From NCBI RefSeq assembly GCF_006345805.1, contig NC_043004.1, forward strand, positions 12,028,001 through 12,092,000: DNA of 64,000 nt. Reading direction: 5' to 3'. Position 1 is the stretch's first letter; every line of letters starts with the position of its first letter. The notes under the pieces were generated by a model. That model saw nothing but the letters and a program-made list of their open reading frames with translations. It had not been told where the DNA came from and did not search any database. The position numbers were made by a program, and so were the translations under genes. Origin of the DNA: Octopus sinensis. Lineage: Eukaryota. Of this stretch, positions 1 through 10,400 are shown one piece after another.

Positions 1-47
1 ACATATACACACACACACACATACATATGTACATATATGTAATATAT

Positions 48-210
48 ATGATGGGCTTCTTTCAATTTCCATCTACCAAATCCACTCACAAGGCTTTGGT
101 CAGCCTGAGGCTATAGTAGAAGACACTTGCTCAAGGTGCCACGCAGTGGCCTGAACCCGGAACCATGTGGCTGGTAAGCAAGCTCCTTACCACACAGCCA
201 CTCCTACGCC
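48..210 (-). mobile_element. SINE family A, 5' half (tRNA-derived head plus CORE-like segment)
   Basis: Reverse complement reads ggcgtaggagtggctgtgtggtaag...ggttccgggttca...accttg(a/g)gcaagtgtcttctactatagcc. This head recurs more than 20 times in the window and has A/B-box-like motifs. Confidence 0.85.
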
Positions 211-426
211 TATAACTGAGCATATTCTCTTAATAAGTATGTCCCCAGAGAATCTCTGACCAAATAAACCAAGAAGGTAATGACCCCCAGTAGTGACTCT
301 GGTCAGTCAGATCTTATTAAATCTTCCAACCCATGCTGGCATGGAAAATGGACGTTAAAAGATGATACACATTGTCTCTTTTATTGTGTCCTTAAAATGG
401 CATCCTATATTGTTTTTTATTTTTAG

Positions 427-482
427 AGTATTCAAATATTTTACAACACATTTTTCGTAAGGTGTATGCCAATGCTTGTCAG
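427..482 (+). CDS. Candidate internal coding exon, product unknown (alternative donor after 456)
   Basis: Acceptor tgttttttatttttag. Donors C|gtaagg (457) and CAG|gtatga (483). Two open frames: SIQIFYNTFFVRCMPMLV and YSNILQHIFRKVYANACQ. No homology recognised. Confidence 0.25.
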
Positions 483-1292
483 GTATGATAAATGGGTATA
501 CTGGAAGAAGTTAGAGAGCCATGCATTAGCCAATGTAATATTGGATATATAAACATAGCAAAATGATCATAGTTGAAATGCATTTGATCATAAAGATACT
601 CAATCAATAGTAAACTCGGGGTTAAATATTATGAACATGTAGCCAAGAATAGCAGATATCTAGCCATTTGTATCTGGACTTCTGACATGAGAAAACAAAG
701 GGTTTCAGTAAGATGGGGGGGGGGCGATTCAAATGGGTGATGGGTAGAGATAGAAGACTTTAAGATCATAATTGTGTTTTTATTTAATTAATTATTTCAT
801 TAATTAAATTTATACTCCTTAATCTGCAGTATAGCAGCTGATTCTTAGTATCATATAAATAAGATGTAGAAGAGGCAAGGGATGGATGGATGGATGGATG
901 GATGGATGGATGGATGGAGGCAGGCAGGCATTAGGTAGGGCCATCCTAACGCATAATCTCTGCATGATAAAACAGAACTTAAATAGCCGAACATATGGAA
1001 TCCATCATTTCTTTGGCTCAATATCAGTAACTGGCACTATTCCCTTGGCAGTTGTTCCTGTTATAATCATTAAGATGACATTGTTTTTATACATACATTT
1101 ATTATTGTTGTTGTTGTTGTTGTTGTTTCAGTTTTTGTTTTTTTTGTTTTTGTTTTGTGATTGTTATTTTTTTATTATTATTTATAAGCCATGGATTGCA
1201 CAGGTCTGCAATAATTCATCAGTTTCATGTTGCATATTGACGTGAGTTTCCATCAGTGTGAAGTGTGTTTGTACGTGTGTGTATGTGTGTGC

Positions 1293-1331
<39 letters not shown>

Positions 1332-1606
1332 TATACTCATATATGTATACATTATGTATGCACGTATTTGAGCATATGTATAGGTATCTATGATTGAGTA
1401 AGCATGTATTTGTGTGTGTTTGTGTCTGCGTGTGCTTATATATATATATATATATATACACGCAATAAATATATATAGATGTACTTGCATAGCAAGTGAC
1501 CTGATCTGAGATCGTGTGCTGGAACGAAAACAATTGCAGCAGGGAAGGTGTTTATAAGCCATTTAAGAAACGCACAAAAACCGTTAGATTCATTTCAACA
1601 TTTAAA

Positions 1607-1657
1607 TTTGCCAAAATATTTTCGTCGCTTTGAGACCGCGACCTGTTCACTGACAAA
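1607..1657 (-). ncRNA. Minimal type-I hammerhead ribozyme-like motif with G3:C8 core variant, inside a repeat spanning about 1470-1670
   Basis: Minus strand reads UUUGUCA-GUGAACA-G-GUCGC-ggucucaaa-GCGAC-GAA-AAUAUU-U-UGGCAAA. This gives a 7-bp stem I, a 5-bp stem II and a palindromic stem III. Confidence 0.55.
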
Positions 1658-1754
1658 ATTCCGTGCTGCATCACACACATACACACACACATATATATAT
1701 ATATATAATGTATGTGCTTATACTTATGTATGCTTCCATCTACATATATATAGA

Positions 1755-1990
1755 TACACATACACACACGTGTGTGTTGGGCCATGGGAAAAGCACCTGT
1801 GCCAGTGTCACATAAGAAAAGCCCAGCACACTCTGAAAAGTGTTTGGGGTTAAAAAGGGGCATCCAACCGTAGAAACCAAGCCAAATCAGAATAGAATCT
1901 AGTACAGCTCCCTAGCTTGCCAGCTCTGGTCAAACCGTCCAACCCATGCCAGCATGGAAAATGGATGACGATGATGATCATGATAATGAC
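1755..1990 (+). mobile_element. SINE family B, 3' part with (GAT)n tail
   Basis: Contains aaggggcatccaaccgtagaaacc...ccaacccatgccagcatggaaaatgga followed by gatgatgat; the same module recurs about 20 times. Confidence 0.8.
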
Positions 1991-2423
1991 TCTGTGTATG
2001 TGTGTGTGTGTGTAGGCCTGGTATGGTCAAATGGTTAAAAAGTTTACTTTGCAGCGCCAGGTTGTGGATTTGATCCTACTGTGTGATATCTTAGACAAAT
2101 ATCATCTTCTGTAGCCTCAGTTCTGTCCATATCTGGGGAGTGGTATTGGGTAGGCGGAAACTGTACAGAAGCACATCTGATGGATATTCGAAGTCTCAAC
2201 TTTATCACATACACACTGAAACTCCTGATTCTGCCCATGAATTACATTGATGTTATACATGTTGTGGAATACTCGACCACTTGCATCATATTTTAATGAG
2301 CAGGTCATGTCCGGTAAGTTCAGTCATCAGTTCACCTCAGGGAAAGTTCTGCATCATCAATTTTTTTTCCTCAATCAAATAGATTTTAACTGTTAATGGA
2401 GAGATACTATGGATATATTTTCT

Positions 2424-2797
2424 CAGTGAACTTTCCTTACAGTGAATTGATGGTTCTGAACTTTCCCTGCGATCAACTTTCCCTGCAGTGAACTTTTCTT
2501 GTGGTCAACCTTCCCTGTGGTGAACTTTCACTGCAGTGAGCTTTCCCTGCAGTGAACTTTCCCTGTGGTGATCTTTCTCAGTGGTGAACTTTCTTTGCGG
2601 TAAGTTTTCCCTGCAGTGAATTTTCCCTGTGGTGAACTTTCCCTTGCGGTGAACTTTCCTTACAGTGAATTGATGGTGCCGAACTTTCTCTGCGATCAAC
2701 TTTCCCTGCAGTGAACTTTTCTTGTGGTCAGCTTTCGCTGTGTTGAACTTTCCCAGCAGTGAACTTCCTTGCAGTGAACTTTCCCTGCAGTGACCTT
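2424..2797. repeat. 16-bp minisatellite (gtgaactttccctgca) with a higher-order duplication
   Basis: More than 20 degenerate units. A block of about 80 bp at ~2425-2506 is repeated at ~2649-2730. Confidence 0.9.
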
Positions 2798-2870
2798 ACC
2801 TGTAATCAAATAGATATTTCAGTTGGCTACACATCTGAGTTCTCATTGTTGAAACGGATGGCACTTCATT

Positions 2871-2946
<76 letters not shown>

Positions 2947-3059
2947 GGTGTGTGTATGTGCGTGCGTGCATATGTGTAGCGTGTGTTGTTATGAACTGAC
3001 AGAAAATTCAACACAATATTGGAAGAGTGTAAATTAAATTTATTATTCTTAAACACAAA

Positions 3060-4169
3060 CATTATTGTCAGTTGCAGCGAAGGTTTAGCCAGCTAAGCCA
3101 TCAGTGATGCATTTAAGTTAATCTTGGCTTCATATAATTTCTGTTGAGTTAAAAATCTTCCTTGGATGTCTGAGTTTGAGTGGAGTCGTAATTAGGTTTT
3201 AGGGTGGATTGTTGTGGCGTGGTGTTTTGGAAAACTTTTTACTGATTAAAGTTGAGGTTAATGTTATTGTTTAGAAGTTATTCATGCACATAGAACTTTG
3301 TAAGCAGATGTGTATATTTAGGTGTGTCAGCTTCAGGTCATGGGACTATCTTTTTAGCAGTTTACAAAGAGTGTAAATCTATTTGCTTAATCACGTTATA
3401 AAGTTAATATCCATAGTCACATGTCATTGATACATTTTGCTATATATCAGCAGTAATCTTCAGTCCATTCCAAATTATGTGAGACTTTTATGAGGGCGTA
3501 ACTTCTGCAAAATGTTACTGATGAGAATGCAAATTCTGTGAAATGTGATGTCTGGACAGGGCAAAAAGTAGAATAAATTCAATGACATTAAAATATAGCA
3601 AGTAATGTTACTAGATAGCCTAAGTTATCTCCCCTGGGTCAGGACCCATATTTTTCTTTGCTACATACACATTTCCTTTCATGAAGCTTGTGTGTTTTGG
3701 AGAAATTTTTATTGATTAAATTTGAGATTAATGTTATTGTTTAGAATTTATTTGTGTATGTAGAACTTTTAAGCAGATGTGTATATTTAGGTGCGTCAGC
3801 TTCAGGTCATGGGATATCTTTTTAGTATGTGGAGTTGTTGATAGCAGCAGAGATATCGTAGAAGTAACAGCCATATCAAATACAGTAGAAATGCATTCCT
3901 TAAGGTGATGACATGATTTATTATAAAAAAGGAAGTTATTGAATTGCTGTCTGGTGATTGTGATGGAACTAATGCAGTTGTAACATTACTAGACAGTCTA
4001 AATTACCTCCCCTGGGTCTGGGTGTACAAGTGTGGGGTGGATCTAGTAAACTGGGTGGAGAGCTTTTTGGAGAGAAGATAAGTAGGACAGGTACACGTAT
4101 TGATAAAATATTGTTTTTATGGATTTGTGAGATGGTGAAGTGGATGTGGGGAATGTAGGGTGTGGCTAC
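3060..4169 (-). mobile_element. Decayed, probably Penelope-like retroelement relic with internal direct duplications
   Basis: A ~135-bp direct repeat lies at 3223-3357 and 3693-3825, and a second at ~3601-3643 and ~3980-4020. Minus strand 4030-4165 gives an IHKNN..SKKLST-like peptide weakly recalling the Penelope RT PKIHK motif. Degenerate hammerhead-like cores are nearby. Confidence 0.35.
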
Positions 4170-4456
4170 CAGGGCTGTGGAGTCGAAACAAAAGACTTTG
4201 ACTCCAACTCCTCTACTATTGGCACCTCCGACTGTGACTCTTCTTTATGTAATTAAGTGATTGCGGTCTACATATCTCATAAAGCATATTCATACACTTT
4301 TATTTTGAGTAGGCCTATATGTTATAACCAGTTTATATCAAAGAATAAAGATATTGTGAGTCAGAGTCAATATAGTTTTACTGACTCCGACTTCAGCTGC
4401 ACCTTAATTGTTTCCAACTCTGACTCTGCAGCTCCAACTCCAGCTTCACAGCCCTG
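4170..4456. mobile_element. hAT-type MITE
   Basis: Terminal inverted repeats cagggctgtg.../...cacagccctg, with subterminal ggagtc/gactcc motifs. 8-bp TSD gtggctac (4162-4169) and gtggttac (4457-4464). Confidence 0.85.
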
Positions 4457-4503
4457 GTGGTTACTATGAAGTTTATGTATGTATGTATGTATGTATGCAT
4501 CTA

Positions 4504-4534
<31 letters not shown>

Positions 4535-4594
4535 ATGTGTGTGTGTGTGTGTGCGTGTGCCTGTTTGTTTTAGTTCCTATTCTCTGCTTCACAG

Positions 4595-4780
4595 CTGGTG
4601 TTGCTTTGTTTACATCCATGTAACTGAGCTGTTTGGCAAAACAGACCAATATAATAAGTACCAGACTAAACGAAAAAGACAACAAAATAATGGTCTTGAT
4701 TTGTTTATAAAAAACCCTTTGAAGCAGTGCCCCAGCATGGCCACAGTACAGTAACTGAAGCAAATAAAAGAATAAAGATA
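4595..4780 (+). mobile_element. SINE family A, 3' module only
   Basis: Contains gtaactgagctgtttggcaaaa...ccagcatggccacagt...gaagcaaataaaagaataaaga, matching the tail of full-length A copies. Confidence 0.75.
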
Positions 4781-5467
4781 CATACATTACATACATTTAT
4801 ATATACATACATACACACACACATACATACATCCATTCCTACACACATTACATATATATATATACACAGATACATACATACACACATACATACATACATA
4901 CACACACATTTATACATGTATACACACATATACATATACATGCTTGCATACATATATACATACATATATGTGTGCATACAGGCATGCATATAAACATACT
5001 CGCAGACATACTTACATACATATATACATCTACATACATGCACACATACATAATACATACAAACACTTAGACAAGACATTTATTCTATGCACCTACCACA
5101 CAATACCTTCACCCTTCCGTATCCTACTTCATTGCACTGCACTGAATATTTGCAGAAAATAGATAAAAATTGTGTACGAAACATTGAGATATTCCATATA
5201 ACAAAATCTACAACACTGTATCAGCACAAATAAAAATACTAATTATATATCAGATATTATTGCGATAATAATGTAATAGCCTATGTATGGGTGAACACGT
5301 TTGACCCAAGGACTAACAGGAATATGTTGGTATTGGTCAGTTATTGCCTTGCTACAAAGATAATACAATGGTCGGTGTTTATATCGTTGTATCCGTGCCA
5401 ATAAACTGGACAAATTTTCTTGTTGGCAAATAATAAAATGTATTCAAGGGTTAATTTATTGCTGTAG

Positions 5468-5503
5468 GTTTGAACAAGCCGATAGTATTATGGTATTGTG
5501 CAA
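5468..5503 (+). CDS. Candidate 36-nt coding exon
   Basis: Acceptor atttattgctgtag and strong donor AA|gtaaga. Open frames FEQADSIMVLC and LNKPIVLWYCA. Confidence 0.3.
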
Positions 5504-5994
5504 GTAAGAGTATGGAGCTGTGTGCATAGTTGTTTGCATCTATATATGTGTGTGTGTTTGTTGTGTATATGTTAGTGGCTGCGCTTACTTGGGAATCTGT
5601 ATGTGATTCCTTGCATATGTGTGTGTATATATGTATATATATATATATATATATGCATATACATACACACACGTGTATATATGTGTCTATTTGTGTAAGT
5701 TCATTTATATTCATAGAATTTTGCTCATGATATGTGTGTTTGTGTATGTATAGATGTAGATATGTGTGTGTCTATGAGTTAAAGGTGATAACTACAGAAC
5801 ACAAAGATCTTTACTAATCTCATTTGTTATACACTATATTATATATCATCATTATATATACATATATTTATCAATGCATCTCTCTCCCTCATATATATAT
5901 ATATATATAATGTACATACATATATATATATATATTTATGTAATGTATATATATATATATATAATGTAATATATATATATATATATATATATAA

Positions 5995-6028
<34 letters not shown>

Positions 6029-6674
6029 GTACATATATATATATAATATATATATATATATACATACATATATGAGGGAGATGCATGTATAAATATGTGC
6101 ATACATAATATCAAAGACATTCCTTCACCTAGAAAATGAAGACAATGTCTGCTCAGACAAAAACTCTAAATATTTAACAGCTATAATTAAGTATAAAGAA
6201 TAAATGAATTACTATTCATTATAAAAGAAGATTAATTTAATGCATTAAAATCAAAGTGGAATTCAGTAAATGGTTAATATTTAGATTCTAAAAAGAAATA
6301 ATATACCCCATGACTTTCACCCTCAATAAAATATATATGCATATGTATAGAAAAAATATAGATAGATAGATAGATAGATATTTATATAAATAAATACATA
6401 GATGTGTGTGTCTATCTATATCTACCCACATCTGTCTCTCTCTCTCTCCACATGCACATACACACACACACAATAGCACATGATGACATTAAAACCATAC
6501 AATAAGTGAAACAAGTCCAAAATGCATTGAATATCATTGTAAAGAGATAAATTGCATTTTGTCTTCCAGTGTTATTCAAAAGTTTTCCAAGCTTCAGAAA
6601 CCCAACGAATTGGAAAGAAGGCTACAGCTATCTACAACTGACAAATTATGCAAAAAGCAAAACAGTGTTCAGTT

Positions 6675-7038
6675 TTAACCCTTTAGCATTTAAAATCAGC
6701 CATCTCCAGCCAAAATATCCTACCTGTTTTATGTTCAAACTGACCAGATCTAGTCTAACTGGCCAGATCTCGTTTAACTGGCCAGATCTAGCCTAACTTG
6801 CCAGATCTGGCCTAACTTGTCAAATCTGGCCTAATTTGCCAGATCTGGCCTAACTGGCCAGATCTGGTCTAACTTGCCAGATCTGGCCTATCACAGCAAC
6901 CCTACAATACCATTCTAAAAATTAACAGTAACCTCATCACAATTTCAAAATTACAAGATAATACATAATTAATTCTAATCAATGTGAATAAATAAGCATT
7001 AGTTTTGACAGAACACAATGCGAATGCTCGTGGGTTAA
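6675..7038. mobile_element. piggyBac-like MITE (TTAA-CCC...GGG-TTAA) carrying an internal 19-bp tandem array
   Basis: Ends are ttaaccctttagcatt and gaatgctcgtgggttaa. The same family appears at 12738-12935 and 37430-37549. Confidence 0.75.
6738..6889. repeat. Eight tandem 19-bp units, consensus aactggccagatctggcct
   Basis: Units start at 6738, 6757, 6776, 6795, 6814, 6833, 6852 and 6871. Confidence 0.95.
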
Positions 7039-7220
7039 TTGCGGAAAACCTGGGAGGAACAAGGTAACACACAGCAAGTTGTAATTACCTGAAAGGAATG
7101 GAGGATGCAGATGTGGACCAAGTGAAGATGCATCAATGGCTTAAAACCAGTGGATTGAAAGCAGAAATGGAAGTTCTGATAATCGTTACATAAAATCAGT
7201 CTTGGAACAAGACCCTATCC

Positions 7221-7527
7221 CAGAGGTGGGAAATTTACAACCTCAGAGTGTTATGTGGCCTGCGGAAGCATCTAGCATACATTTGTCTCATTAAATTACT
7301 TGTGCTGGCTGATGTGTAATTTTCACATAGATAAATTTAATGAATCTTTTTCTGTGTACCACTATTGTCTTAGTTTTATTTATATATTATTGTTATGTAA
7401 TTTACACTTCACATTAAATGAAATGTAATGTTAAGTAATAAGTACTATCAGTTATAGAAGGTGTGACCCTCTGTTAACTATGGCCTTCTCAAAGTGGCCC
7501 CTGAGCCAAAACAATTGCCCACCCCTG
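7221..7527. mobile_element. hAT (Charlie-like) MITE inserted into the LINE
   Basis: TIRs cagaggtgggaaa and ttgcccacccctg. 8-bp flanks ccctatcc and tcctatct match at 6/8. Confidence 0.75.
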
Positions 7528-7838
7528 TCCTATCTGCATCACATTGTCAAAGCTACAAAAGATCCACAATACAGGATCTAATAATGGAAAATATGAAGAA
7601 ACCATCAACTGCATTGTGCCTGGATGTATGGAACTGGCAAAGACCAAATACATCTACCGGCTTAACAAGATGGAAGCATACCTACACTGGAAAATAAGGA
7701 TTTATAAAATGAAGACATTTGAGATATAAGATGAACAGGAACCACAAATGGCCTTGGAAACCAATGATATTACCACCAAGCTCTTGAAAATGCCCATCCA
7801 CAGTGGCAGAGAGATGAAGTCCAACAAGCTGAATATAA

Positions 7839-8065
7839 TTAGCCTTTTTGTTGCTGTATTTATTTTGAGATGCTCTGTGTTTCTTTCAATCAATTTTAAA
7901 TATAACAAAGAATTTAGTATAATAACTTAGTTATCATTAAGCTAGTATTAAGAACATAAATTGTGACTAAGGTTTGGTGGAAGATTTTAATTCGAAATTT
8001 ATGAAAACAAGACGTTTGTACTACAGGCATTTGTACTTCAGTCGGTTTGGTATCGAAAGGGTTAA
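7839..8065. mobile_element. piggyBac-like MITE inserted into the LINE endonuclease region
   Basis: Right end gaaagggttaa; degenerate left end ttagcctttttgtt. LINE homology resumes on both sides. Confidence 0.7.
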
Positions 8066-8399
8066 CAAGGGCAAGAAGGACCAAACATGTATACTTACTG
8101 ACATTTCAATACCTTGATGAAAGTTACAGAGAAACTGACCAAGTACAAACTCCTGGAAATTGAAATCAACAGAAGGTGAAATGTGAATACCAAAATAATA
8201 CCAGCGATTAGCAGTGCTGTAGCTTGGGCAACATCGATACTTATGCATTCAAGCTCACAGTACTTGTGACTGCACATATAGTGTAAAGAATGTTCCATCA
8301 AGTGTCATCATCTTTCTCTTGCCCCAGGCCTATAATTTGGCCCGAGCCATACTGTATGTAGAACACGAAGTTCAAAATGAACAGTAATATCAACAGCAA

Positions 8400-9035
8400 C
8401 AATAATAATGGATCAACCTCGGTAGAGTTTGAACTCAGAACAGAAAGATACACAAACTGATGTTAAGCATTTTATCCACCTTGCCAACAATCCTGCCAGC
8501 TCACTACCTTAACAACAACAACAACAACAACACAACAATAATAATAATAACATTGGTTTAAAATTTTGGCGCAAGGCCTGAAATTTGGGGGCGGGAGGGG
8601 CTAAGTTGATTACATCGACCCCAGTGAATAGCTGGTACTTATTTTATCAACCCTGAAAGAATGCAAGGCAAAGTTGACCTTAGCGAAATTTGAACTCAGA
8701 ATGTAGATAAATGAAATACAGTTAAACATTTTACCCACCCTGCTAATGATTCTATCAGCTCGCCACCTTAAAAACGACAACAACAACACCACAACAACAA
8801 TAATAATGATAATAATAATGGTTTCAAATTTTTCCACAAGGGCAGACATTTTGGAGGAGGGGATGTGTCAACTACATCGACCCCAGTGTTAAACTGGTAC
8901 TTAATTTATCAACCCTGCAAAAATGAAAAATAAAGTCTACCTCGGAGGAATTTGAACTCAGAATGTAAAGACAGATGAAATACAGCTAAGAATTTTGTCT
9001 GGTATACTAATGATTCTATCAGCTTGCTACCTTAA
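8400..9035 (-). mobile_element. Three tandem copies of SINE family D separated by (AAC/AAT)n
   Basis: Blocks of tacatcgaccccagtg..ggtactt..tttatcaaccctg..tttgaactcagaa..attctgccagctc(a/g)cc repeat at ~8400-8510, 8545-8770 and 8815-9035. Confidence 0.8.
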
Positions 9036-9212
9036 AAACAACAACAACAACAATAATAATAATATTGATGATAATGATTATGATGATGATGATGATGACG
9101 ATGAATACAAATGTAATCATAACAGTGATATTAATAATTATAACAAGAACATACAACAAACATATGGGTTACTAACGTGAACAGTTCACTTCCATCCTTC
9201 TTCTAACCTTAG

Positions 9213-9261
9213 GTCATTGCTATCCTATAAGTTGGCGAGACACTTTTGACGAAGATGACTT
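9213..9261 (+). CDS. Candidate 49-nt coding exon
   Basis: Pyrimidine-rich acceptor ccatccttcttctaaccttag and donor TT|gtaaac. Only one frame is open: HCYPISWRDTFDEDD. Confidence 0.3.
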
Positions 9262-9764
9262 GTAAACCAGCATCCTGTGACTTTATTGTTCCAACTAATA
9301 ACAATTCATTTAGCAACGTCCATCAAATATATTCTACTTCCCTTTTGAATTATCAGACATTTCTATTACTGTCCTATTGTCTGTGGAACTTTTTGTCATT
9401 TCGCATCAGCTCAGAGCACAAACACTTACACACACTCAACATAGAAATGTACATACACACACATATCATCATCATCATCATCATCGTCGTCATCGTTTAA
9501 TGTCTGCCTTCCATGCTGGCATGGGTGGGATGGTTTGAAAAGGGCCTGCCAGGCAGAAGCCCTATGCTAGACTTCTGTCACTGTTTTGGCAAGATTTTTA
9601 CATGCTTGGCCTTGGGTTATAATCAAAGACATTTGCTCAAGGTACCACCACTTTCTGGGACTGACTCTAGAACCTTGTATTTGGGATTCTTACCACACAT
9701 TTATGAATAGACATATATATATATATATAATATATATATACATATATATATATGTCGTCATGAT

Positions 9765-10094
9765 TTTAAAAAGACTCCGCCGGTTACGATGACGAGGGTC
9801 CCAGCTGATACGATCAATGGAACAGCTTGCTCGTGAAATTAACGTGCAAATGGCTGAGCATTCCACAGACACGTGTACCCTTAACGTAGTTCTCGGGGAT
9901 AATCAGCATGACACAAAGAGTGACAAGGCTGACCCTTTGAAATACAAGTACAACTCATTTTTGCCAGCTGAGTGGACTGGAGCAATGTGAAATAAAGTGT
10001 CTTGCTCAAGGACACAACGCGTCGCCGGGAATCGAACTCACAACCTTACGATCATGAGCCGAATGCCCTAACCACTAAGCCACGCGCCCTCACC
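9765..10094 (-). mobile_element. Full-length young tRNA-derived SINE (family E)
   Basis: A box tggcttagtgg and B box gagttcgattc. Perfect 13-bp TSD atgtcgtcatgat at 9752-9764 and 10095-10107. CpGs are retained. Confidence 0.92.
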
Positions 10095-10107
10095 ATGTCG
10101 TCATGAT

Positions 10108-10400
10108 AGATCGTTAGCCACTACACACATTTTCTTCTCTCCTTGTTTTTTCTGTGTCCCTTTCTGTAGAAGAGCGTAGGCTCGAAACATAAAAGACTTT
10201 TTCTATTCCTGAGTGTTGTACTAATACATCTGTTTGTTTTGTACACCACCTGTCTTTGTCATTTGTTTTTTTTTTCGTAAACTCTCCGTATAGAGAGAGA
10301 AGTTGGCTACCTCTGATGAGCATAGGGTTACATAATCAGATTGTTACCTATTGCTCCATTGAATCCCTAATGCGAAACTGATTGGTAAGATCAGCTGTAA
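10108..10400 (+). mobile_element. Probable Penelope-like LTR/UTR relic containing two hammerhead-like motifs
   Basis: Motifs are ctgtaga-a-gagc-gtag-gctc-gaaac (10164-10188) and ctgatga-gcataggg...ccctaatgc-gaaac (10313-10378). A related sequence lies at 51705-51880. Confidence 0.55.

Larger units (their letters stand above)
7040..8290 (+). mobile_element. Decayed R4/Dong-clade non-LTR retrotransposon 3' region (zinc knuckle plus restriction-like endonuclease), split by two MITEs
   Basis: Translated pieces are HQWLKTSGLKAEMEVLII, GKYEETINCIVPGCMELAKTKYIYRLNKMEAYLHWKI, MPIHSGREMKSNKLNII and TDISIP..EKLTKYKLLEIEINR. These parallel the WL..L.ETEG.I.AAQDQ, ETI.HI.SGC..LA...Y..RH and PDI...D...P...EK..KY motifs. 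Stops and frameshifts are present. Confidence 0.8.

Noticed and set aside
6570-6678. VIQKFSKLQKPNELERRLQ resembles the dystrophin segment VSMKFRLFQKPANFEQRLQ as I recall it (10/19 identities) and follows a good acceptor
   Set aside because: The match is too short to be significant, there is no credible splice donor before the stop and MITE, and no other dystrophin-like exon is in the window. Kept only as a possible terminal exon.
6738-6889. CRISPR-like palindromic repeats
   Set aside because: There are no spacers; it is an internal array of a MITE.
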